The translations under genes were made by a program, and so were the position numbers. 64,000 bases of DNA from Bacteroidaceae bacterium. GTDB taxonomy: Bacteria > Pseudomonadota > Alphaproteobacteria > RF32 > CAG-239. Position 1 is the first letter of the stretch. The number at the start of each line of letters is the position of its first letter. Positions 57,065 through 64,000 of the stretch are shown piece after piece. Under the pieces are notes generated by a model. The model was not told where the DNA came from, made no database searches, and was given only the letters and a program-made list of their open reading frames with translations. The stretch is from the NCBI GenBank assembly GCA_963641885.1, contig CAVIDY010000008.1, positions 1,398 through 65,397 on the forward strand. Reading direction: 5' to 3'.

Positions 57065-58427
57065 TGCGGTTTATCCCCCTTAACTTATCCATTTTTTGTT
57101 GAACAGCTTTGATTTTTGCCGTAGCTTTCTGTACCTTGGCACGAGCTTTACGCAAAGATTCCACATGGTCTATGATAGAAGTGGCAATTTTGCCGGCGCC
57201 ACCGGAGATAATATGAAATCCCCATTTTGCAGCCATAGCAACCAGCTGCTGAATTTTGCGCTGCATGCCCGCTTTACCTCCTCCTCCGGTGATTTTGTTG
57301 GAAAGCTCCACAGACATACCGGTTGCCTTGACAATTAAAAAGCCCATAAAGATAAGCGCCATGGCAGTGGTGCCGAAATTTTCATATTTGCTTTGTTCAG
57401 CCAGCCCGATACCGTCCTGCGTTAATAATTTCTGCATGGCGAGAATGGTCATGGAAACAATGATGCCCAAACAAAACATAATAGCCGAAGAATTGAGGAT
57501 TATCTTAAAACCGGTAACGCTCCATTTGCGGATTTGCTCAAAAGGATACGCCATTATCAGGAATGGTAAAATAATCATTATCATATTCAAACGGAAAATG
57601 CTGTCGGCTAAATAGAGCACAAAACAGAGCTTGGCAATGGTGAACCAAACAATTAAGAAACAGCCGCAGATAAAACTGGTCAGGCTGACAATTTTCATTA
57701 AGCGTATGGCAATGTCATAGCCGATGGCAAGTCTGGAGCTGACGGCGCACGCCATGCAGCTCAGCATATTAAGCGGTTCTTCCGGAAAAGATTTTGCCGA
57801 AAAATCAGTCATGCTTTTAGGGTTGAACTTGCAGCCGCTTTGTCCCCAGTTGGCGTCGCCGTAATACTCGCACATAATTCCTTCTGTGTCATCGCCGAAT
57901 GTTGATTTCCAAGCAATGGTCTTTACCTGCGCGTCAGGATCTTGAGCCAGCCTTTGCATAATTTCGGACGTAAACTCTAAAATGGTGATGTATATAGGAA
58001 ATATAAAGTTATTTATCACATAATAAATTTGCTCGGTAGAAGAGGCTAAAATGCCGCAAAACGCGCATAAAAAGGCTTTGCGGACAATCTTGGTCCAAAA
58101 TTCGCCCAAGGATTCGGGAGTAGGCGTGCTGATGTGGCGCAGAATTTGATATGCCATCCAGATGGTAAAACCAAGCAAAACAATGTTTAGCAGATTTTCT
58201 TTGGTCAGATTGCTGTAAACGTTTAGGGTTTGAGTGCCGATATTTTTGTAAAAAAGTTTCAAGAAACCAGTTTGCCAGCAAGTGTTCTGCATTTCTGCGG
58301 CTTTGCGGGGGTCTTCCTGCCCAACACTAGTTCCACCTTCTTCGGTGCTGCAGGCGGTCAGCAAAAACAGTAGGGAAAAGGCAATAAACAATACCTTTAA
58401 GATATTATGCAGCTTTGGTGCTTTCAT
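57048..58427 (-). CDS. TrbL/VirB6-like polytopic membrane lipoprotein
   Basis: Lipobox LLTAC. Both conserved blocks are present (LLGFTIWMAYQILRHI...; YLADSIFRLNMIMIILPFLIMAYPFEQIRKW). GGGGKAG tail. Confidence 0.65.
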   Translation of the reverse strand: MKAPKLHNILKVLFIAFSLLFLLTACSTEEGGTSVGQEDPRKAAEMQNTCWQTGFLKLFYKNIGTQTLNVYSNLTKENLLNIVLLGFTIWMAYQILRHISTPTPESLGEFWTKIVRKAFLCAFCGILASSTEQIYYVINNFIFPIYITILEFTSEIMQRLAQDPDAQVKTIAWKSTFGDDTEGIMCEYYGDANWGQSGCKFNPKSMTDFSAKSFPEEPLNMLSCMACAVSSRLAIGYDIAIRLMKIVSLTSFICGCFLIVWFTIAKLCFVLYLADSIFRLNMIMIILPFLIMAYPFEQIRKWSVTGFKIILNSSAIMFCLGIIVSMTILAMQKLLTQDGIGLAEQSKYENFGTTAMALIFMGFLIVKATGMSVELSNKITGGGGKAGMQRKIQQLVAMAAKWGFHIISGGAGKIATSIIDHVESLRKARAKVQKATAKIKAVQQKMDKLRGINRNEKDS

Positions 58428-58536
58428 ATTTATAGTCCTTTTCCGTTATACCTTACTTTACCAATATATCATAATTTTTATGCAAAATGTGTTACAATAT
58501 GATTAAGATTTGCATTTTTACCCGCTGTTCTCTGAA

Positions 58537-60498
58537 TTACGGATTTTGTTGATTGTTATTTTCTTCAGTTTGCTCTGTGTTTTCTATTTTTGAAGTTTCA
58601 GCGTCTTTGTCGGATGGCGAAGTTGGCGTTGGCTTAGGAGTTGTATCTTTACCGTCAGACTTGGTCGGTTTTGGCGGCATACCGCGTTGTGCTCCCGGCT
58701 GGAATTTCTTTAAGCCGACTTTTGCTCCGACGGCAGCCGCGCCCTTCAGTGCTGCTCCGGAAATTGCATTGCCGGCTTTGTTGGCTAAATTTGTAATACC
58801 TGTTTTATCCGCAGCATATCCGGCAGCCGAAGAAACAACTCTGCCACCGATTTTGGCAGCACCTTTGCCGATAGAGGTTGCAGCAGACGCGGTAGCTCCA
58901 CCGATTTTAGCGGCAATGCTTGAGCCGGAGCCGGAAGCGAATTTATTGGCAGTACCATTGATAATGCCTATCATTTTGAAGGCAAAAATGCAGCAGGCGA
59001 TTAAAATCAAAGTTTCCATACCATCAAGACTGGCGATTTCATTAACCTTGTCCAAATCGTTTTCATTCAAAGCATTTAGCAATGTAGATAAATCACCTTT
59101 TTTGCCGCCAGCTGAATAGCCGATTATTTCCATGCCCACAACCAGCATAACACCAGCAAGCGCAAAGTTGAAAAATGTGTTCATCAGCATGCTCATGCCT
59201 TTGTTGGCGTATCTAGTCGTCAACTTAAACGGCCAGCAGGCGATCAAAACCGGCACAAAAGCGCATAAAATACCTAGCTGAACCGTGCAGTCTATTAGAT
59301 AAAAAACGATAACCATCCAAATTCCCAAGCCAAAAATATAAACGACTAGTCCATTTGCCCATATGCCAAAATCAGGAATAAGGTCTTTTTTCCAGCCATA
59401 GCAAATAAGCGCGCGTCCCACAGAAGGCATGGTAGAGGCAGATTGGCTGAAACAGTCGGCGGTGTTATAAATGCTGCCCAGCAACGAAGCGTCCATTTCG
59501 CCGCCCGGTGCCATTGAAAACATTGAAACTTTGTCTATACAGCTTTTTGCCCCAGGGTTGCCGATTGAAAGCAGCGCCAGTCCCATATCTAAGCCGCCCT
59601 TGACTATTGGTGAAATTACATAATTGTAAATATCGGCGGAGTTGCTTAGCAAATAATAAGCGATAGCGACTCTAAGTCCCAATCCGATAATCGCTTTTAA
59701 ATAAGCGCCAGTGTTGGCTCCGGACGGAGTGAAAATGGTTCTGAGCGTCTGTAAGGCAAGATATACCAAGAAAAAGGTCAGAACAATCGGCTGCAGGGCA
59801 GAGGCAAGGGCTTTCCAAGCAATGGAGGCAAGGGAGGCGTCTGCACTCAAAACTGTTTGAAATATAGGGCAAAGCGGACAGCCGGCGTAATCGCTTAAAT
59901 AGCTGGAAAACGGTTTGCAGCCTTTTACTTGGTCTTTGAGTTCGTGGGTTTGGTTGGAATAGCTGACACATTCAGCGTTTTGCCCGTTGTCGTCGCAAAC
60001 GCAGGATAAATTTGCGTCAGGGTCTTGACGGACAACACCTAAAACATTTTCTGCCTTAGACCGTAGGTTGATAAATTTTTCCAGCATTTGGGCTGCTTGG
60101 TTTTTTAGCTTTACACATTCAGGTTTTTTCGGGTTTTCAGCGTTCCAAGCAACACCAGTATATTCAAAATTATCTTTGCGGATATAGTAAGCGCTGTCAA
60201 TGCTGCCGGAAGAAGTTTTTTCCAGCATAATAATGCTTTGTCTAGCTAAATCAGTGAAAATTGTGGGTGTCTGTTTATTTAATCCGCGGTTGCAGTTTTC
60301 TTCATATTGTTTGGCAACGGTGTTATAAGCGTCAAGCTGGCTTTTTACGCTGTTCAACGAAGCAATAGCTGTTTGATTTATGTTTTTTTTGAGATTTTCA
60401 AGTTCTTGAGGCTTGCACTCTGCAGCGTCGGCATAAAGTTTCGGCATAGCGGAGAACAGGCAGAAAAAAATAAATATAAACAGTTTAAGTTTAGACAT
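58537..60498 (-). CDS. TrbL/VirB6-like polytopic membrane protein with Cys-rich coiled-coil periplasmic head
   Basis: Start set at MSKLKLFIF (signal peptide, GGGGAGAA RBS), not at the tracked 60669. CPLCPIF motif, both conserved blocks, Gly/Ala/Lys tail. Confidence 0.65.
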   Translation of the reverse strand: MSKLKLFIFIFFCLFSAMPKLYADAAECKPQELENLKKNINQTAIASLNSVKSQLDAYNTVAKQYEENCNRGLNKQTPTIFTDLARQSIIMLEKTSSGSIDSAYYIRKDNFEYTGVAWNAENPKKPECVKLKNQAAQMLEKFINLRSKAENVLGVVRQDPDANLSCVCDDNGQNAECVSYSNQTHELKDQVKGCKPFSSYLSDYAGCPLCPIFQTVLSADASLASIAWKALASALQPIVLTFFLVYLALQTLRTIFTPSGANTGAYLKAIIGLGLRVAIAYYLLSNSADIYNYVISPIVKGGLDMGLALLSIGNPGAKSCIDKVSMFSMAPGGEMDASLLGSIYNTADCFSQSASTMPSVGRALICYGWKKDLIPDFGIWANGLVVYIFGLGIWMVIVFYLIDCTVQLGILCAFVPVLIACWPFKLTTRYANKGMSMLMNTFFNFALAGVMLVVGMEIIGYSAGGKKGDLSTLLNALNENDLDKVNEIASLDGMETLILIACCIFAFKMIGIINGTANKFASGSGSSIAAKIGGATASAATSIGKGAAKIGGRVVSSAAGYAADKTGITNLANKAGNAISGAALKGAAAVGAKVGLKKFQPGAQRGMPPKPTKSDGKDTTPKPTPTSPSDKDAETSKIENTEQTEENNNQQNP

Positions 60499-60799
60499 TT
60501 TTATTCTCCCCGTTGGTTTTACCGCGGCGTCTGCGGGATTTTTTCTGCGTTTTTGTCGGCTCGGCAACATTTTGTTTGAGGTGCAGTTTTTGTTTAATAA
60601 AATTAGAAATCCTGACAAGGAAATTGGTATATTTGTTTTGCGGAACGCCGACCAGCAGCAAACCAGCAAGCAATACTAAAATAAAGCCGATTTTAGCCGA
60701 ATAGGCAAAGAAACTTGTGCCGATAATATCCAAGGCGTGCGAACTCACTAGTGAAAACACGACAATAAACATTAGCAATGTAAGAAAAATCGACTTCAT
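60491..60799 (-). CDS. 102-aa two-TM protein with strongly basic C-tail
   Basis: Overlaps the next gene start by 8 nt (translational coupling). Hydrophobic segments at residues 4-20 and 37-52. Tail KKSRRRRGK. Confidence 0.5.
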   Translation of the reverse strand: MKSIFLTLLMFIVVFSLVSSHALDIIGTSFFAYSAKIGFILVLLAGLLLVGVPQNKYTNFLVRISNFIKQKLHLKQNVAEPTKTQKKSRRRRGKTNGENKNV

Positions 60800-60834
60800 A
60801 TTCTTTTACCTTTTCAGTTTTCGTTAACCTGATT

Positions 60835-63063
60835 CTATGATTTTGAACCGCTGCTTGGCTTTGCTCCTCCGCCGGATTCCTCTTTGTTTTCACCTTCGGT
60901 GTCACCTTTTTCAGCGTCTTCAGCATTGCGACCGCCAGCAATTTTGGCTTTGCTGCCAATACCAAATTTGCCTGAGATATTTTTAGCACCAGTAGATATT
61001 TTATTGCCGACAGCTTGAACTGCGCCAGTAACACCAGCGGCTTCAGCCATGGCTCCGCTGGCAGAAGCAATTGCTTTAGCTCCTTTAGCAGCAGCTGGTT
61101 TGGCAACGGCTGTCGCCACGCTGGCGGCAGTACCGCCAAGTTTCGAGCCCATGTCTCCGGTTGGAACGCCGCCGCTGGCAAAGCGGTCTGTGACTTTTGA
61201 AAGCTGTGAAACTAATTTCATGGAAATCATACAGCAAACCAGCAAAATCAGCATTTGCAAACCGTTTATGCTCATCGCTTTTTCCAATTCATCGGTGTTG
61301 TTGCTGTTCAGCCATTCTTCCAGCTGACTTTTATCCAAACCGGAAGTAAGCGCCGCTTCTATCAATTCAATCACCGAAGCTAAAAGCACTCCCATTATAA
61401 TAAAGCGGAAACATACATTCAAAATCATATTCCAGCCAGTTTTAGTGTAGCCGGAAGTTATTTTAAACGGCCAGCAGGCAATTAAGAACGGCAGCAGGCA
61501 GGCAATTATGCCTAAATGAAGAGCTATATCTAACAGATAGAAACCAACAGCCAGCATTATCATCAAACCAAAGGCAAAAATGAGAACGCCCTCAATCAGC
61601 ATTTGCCAATGCGGCAGCACATACCAGGTTTTATTTACCCAAGAATTACAATATAAGGAACGACCGATTGCCGGAAAAGTAGAGGTTTTGGCGTTGTAGC
61701 CTTCTACTGCGCCCATAACTTTTTTCAAAAAATCGGCAGTGAGTAAATTGTTCCCTTCGTCAAAAGAATCGTATTTGCTGGCAAAGCCTTCAATGACGCT
61801 TTGGTCAGCACTGCTAGGAATTAACGAAAGTCCGAATTCAAAGCCGCTTTCTATTAACGGCGTCAAGCCGAGTTCATAAACAGTATTCGGCAGTGCCAAT
61901 AACCCTATGGCTAAGGCTACTTTGAAGCCTTGCAACAAAAGAGTGTTTAAAAATTTACCGATAGTTTGCTTGGCAGGAGAAGCAATCAGTATTAAAACTT
62001 GATAACCGATAAATATTGAAAAACCCAACAGTAACAGATTGATTAAAGAATCGCTTAATGCTTCAAAAGCTCCGCCGGATAATTTTTGGTCAGCTTTCAA
62101 TATGGTTTCAAAAATACCGCAAATCGGACAAATCGTAAAATCTGCCTCATATTCATTCAGCTGTTTGCATTCCGCATCATTGAGGTCATCTTCTTGAAAA
62201 GTATCATCTTTAACTTCACAAGACAAAAGCTCGCCAGTTGAGGCACAGGTGCAATGGCTTTCAACTTGTTTTGACAAAGTGGTTAAATATTGGTGGGCTT
62301 TATCGCGGCTGGCGGAAAAAGCACGGCGATAATTCATTACGTTATTGAAAGCTTTTTGGCAGTCGGTTAATATTTCTATTTTCGCCTCTAATGCCAGGGA
62401 ATGAGCCTCGGCGACAGCTATTGCTTCGGCGGTTTGGGCGTTTTGCATTTCCGTTTTTCGGTCTTGGCGGTTGCTTATATATTCATGCCGTGCACTGTTA
62501 ACATTTTCGATGTGGTATTTTATGTCTATGTGCGTGTCTTTAAGCTCTTTATCTAAAACGTCAAAATTTTCTTGCAATGCTGGAACGTATTTTGCTCCCG
62601 TAACAGCTCCGGCAGCGTCATTGGCGTTAAATTTTAGGTCGCTGTTTGCTATGTTTTTGAAAACAATTTTAGTTTTGTCGATGGCGCTTGTTAAAACGCC
62701 TTTAATCCATTGACTCGCTTTGCCACTTAAACTTTGCTTATCGCCAAGCTTAAAGTCCAGTTCCGACGGTGTAAAGCAAACCAGCGTGTTGTCGTTTTTT
62801 TTCATGGCATTAAGGGATTTTTCATACTCATCGTAGTTTTTTTTCATTTCTATCAGCTGCAAATTAGCTTGTTCTGCTATTTTTTTGTAGTTGTCATCAG
62901 TTAATTCGCATTCTTTAGTGCCTGAAGATAAGCTGGTGGTAGAATTTGCAGCAGTTTCGGCGGCATTTGCAGCCTGTATTGCCGCAAGCAAAGCAAAACA
63001 GCATAAAAACACTGTTTTTATAAAAAAGTTAGGGTTTAATTTTTTCCTGCTTTGCCAAATCAA
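60835..63063 (-). CDS. TrbL/VirB6-like polytopic membrane protein with Cys-rich coiled-coil periplasmic head
   Basis: TTG start with AAGGA upstream gives a signal peptide with an RKK n-region. CPIC at 62119..62130. Both conserved blocks. Gly/Ala/Lys tail. Confidence 0.65.
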   Translation of the reverse strand: MIWQSRKKLNPNFFIKTVFLCCFALLAAIQAANAAETAANSTTSLSSGTKECELTDDNYKKIAEQANLQLIEMKKNYDEYEKSLNAMKKNDNTLVCFTPSELDFKLGDKQSLSGKASQWIKGVLTSAIDKTKIVFKNIANSDLKFNANDAAGAVTGAKYVPALQENFDVLDKELKDTHIDIKYHIENVNSARHEYISNRQDRKTEMQNAQTAEAIAVAEAHSLALEAKIEILTDCQKAFNNVMNYRRAFSASRDKAHQYLTTLSKQVESHCTCASTGELLSCEVKDDTFQEDDLNDAECKQLNEYEADFTICPICGIFETILKADQKLSGGAFEALSDSLINLLLLGFSIFIGYQVLILIASPAKQTIGKFLNTLLLQGFKVALAIGLLALPNTVYELGLTPLIESGFEFGLSLIPSSADQSVIEGFASKYDSFDEGNNLLTADFLKKVMGAVEGYNAKTSTFPAIGRSLYCNSWVNKTWYVLPHWQMLIEGVLIFAFGLMIMLAVGFYLLDIALHLGIIACLLPFLIACWPFKITSGYTKTGWNMILNVCFRFIIMGVLLASVIELIEAALTSGLDKSQLEEWLNSNNTDELEKAMSINGLQMLILLVCCMISMKLVSQLSKVTDRFASGGVPTGDMGSKLGGTAASVATAVAKPAAAKGAKAIASASGAMAEAAGVTGAVQAVGNKISTGAKNISGKFGIGSKAKIAGGRNAEDAEKGDTEGENKEESGGGAKPSSGSKS

Positions 63064-63171
63064 TACCGTTGTCCTTAATGATTATAGTCCTGTTTGAAGG
63101 TTATTATAGCACAAACTTGTGGCAGATTATATGACAATATCGTTAAATATTCGTAATCAAAGAGAGAGTAT

Positions 63172-64000
63172 TTATTTTTTTTCGGCAGCTGAAGTCTGCG
63201 GAAGTTTACCGTTGCAGATAAAGTATCGGCAAATTTTGCCTAGTTCTAGGTCGTTTAGCGGAAATAGCCTTGGTACGTTTATGGTTTGTACATCATCGGC
63301 GAAAGAAGTTTCACTTGGCGGAGTTTGAAACGGAAAACTTTCATAGCGGCTGAGGATTTTTTTTATCATATGCGTATAAACGGGCGGGTAAAAAAGTAGG
63401 CTATGTTTAATTTCTTTGGGCAGTTTAGGCAGCTCCATCGCTTTTTTAGGAGTAATTGAAATTAACATTGGACCTAGAATTTGGCGGAAAAAGTTAGAAC
63501 GGCACAGTAAATCTGCTAAATCACTGCCTGAATTGAGTGGGTTTATATCCAACACTCCGGCAATATGATACTCACGGTAGTCGTCTACCTGCGAAAGGAA
63601 CCGACGCAGCAATAAACAGCCAGCGCCGTTAGTGATAAAGTACGTCTTTCCTTGAGTATCTAAGTTTTTTATAAATGAGCAGAGTATATCTGCCTGATAG
63701 TTTAAATTTTTGTGCAGAAAAGGGTAATTAAAAGCAATTATGTTGGTTTTTAAATCTTTTAGCGATTCGGCGATTCGTTTCATGGAAAATTTTGTACGTC
63801 CGAAGTTGTGCAATAAGATAACCGAATCGGAATATGGCGATTCCAATTCGTAAGCGTCTATATATTTTAAAAGTGTATTTTTACATTCTTCAAAACTTCC
63901 AGATTCGCGTCGAATGGAATAATTATCTAAAAGTCGGTATTTTTTTGTGCGGACATGGCGCTGAATTACCCAATTTTGGTAATTAAAAACGTCTTCCCAA
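63172..64000 (-). CDS. alpha/beta-hydrolase-fold protein, partial (frame stays open to the window edge)
   Basis: VILLHNFGRTKFSM resembles the beta3/oxyanion region. The nucleophile-elbow position reads ITNGAGC (no Ser). The reading frame has no stop between 63846 and 64000, so the tracked TTG start is probably internal. Confidence 0.45.
   Translation of the reverse strand, partial: WEDVFNYQNWVIQRHVRTKKYRLLDNYSIRRESGSFEECKNTLLKYIDAYELESPYSDSVILLHNFGRTKFSMKRIAESLKDLKTNIIAFNYPFLHKNLNYQADILCSFIKNLDTQGKTYFITNGAGCLLLRRFLSQVDDYREYHIAGVLDINPLNSGSDLADLLCRSNFFRQILGPMLISITPKKAMELPKLPKEIKHSLLFYPPVYTHMIKKILSRYESFPFQTPPSETSFADDVQTINVPRLFPLNDLELGKICRYFICNGKLPQTSAAEKK

Noticed and set aside
58537-60669. Long N-terminal extensions given by the ORF track: 60669 for the 710-aa ORF, and also 33077 (ybeY), 35224, 38504, 39253, 8162, 10208 and 24382.
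   Set aside because: In each case a downstream ATG has a better RBS, a stop-start overlap with the preceding gene or a proper signal peptide. The extension overlaps the upstream gene.
60491-60799. Calling the 102-aa ORF VirB3.
   Set aside because: It has two TM helices and the right size. However, the conserved N-terminal VirB3 signature as I recall it (L..ATRPA..GVP) is absent, so I left it uncharacterised.
60693-61181. 162-aa Ala/Pro/Lys-rich minus-strand ORF overlapping the 3' end of the 742-aa gene.
   Set aside because: It is an alternative frame of the low-complexity Gly/Ala/Lys tail-coding region. The 742-aa frame is supported by paralog alignment.
63172-63846. Treating the 224-aa ORF as a complete gene.
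   Set aside because: The same frame has no stop codon up to position 64000, and the tracked start is a TTG. The gene most likely begins beyond the window.

Overview
Dense, moderately AT-rich bacterial chromosome segment. I found no rRNA, CRISPR array, transposase or integrase. The lineage is probably alphaproteobacterial, possibly Rickettsiales- or Holosporales-like. Evidence (inference): a CckA-like hybrid kinase overlapping hdaA, a MipZ-like ATPase, pal/cpoB/tilS and miaB-phoH-ybeY-lnt synteny, and a tRNA-His with encoded G-1/C73. Positions 1-43.5 kb are mostly housekeeping: a truncated dcw cluster (mraZ-rsmH-ftsL-ftsI) with 10-bp phased repeats upstream, pal, cpoB, tilS, kdsB, pgm, a DD-carboxypeptidase-SPOR fusion, folD, miaB, phoH, ybeY and lnt. 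Accessory modules are interspersed: two tandem orphan paralogs, a TerY-P type vWA/PP2C/Ser-Thr kinase triad led by an untracked 44-aa lipoprotein ORF, a TerB-domain pair, and a complete N-type ATPase operon in atpDCQRBEFAG order with no delta subunit. The most unusual part is one co-directional minus-strand cluster at 43.7-63.1 kb. It holds a tandem array of TrbL/VirB6-like polytopic membrane paralogs. Two of them carry periplasmic peptidoglycan hydrolase heads (SleB-type and M23), and one appears split into two ORFs. Downstream lie a dual-HTH XRE regulator with a degenerate S24-like domain and a chimeric gene apparently created by tandem segmental duplication. Next come an 816-aa protein with two near-perfect tandem coding repeat arrays and a three-gene operon containing a secretin-like lipoprotein. 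I see no P-loop NTPase and no other type IV, type II or pilus component anywhere in those 20 kb. All family assignments are manual motif recognition and need HMM or structure confirmation.
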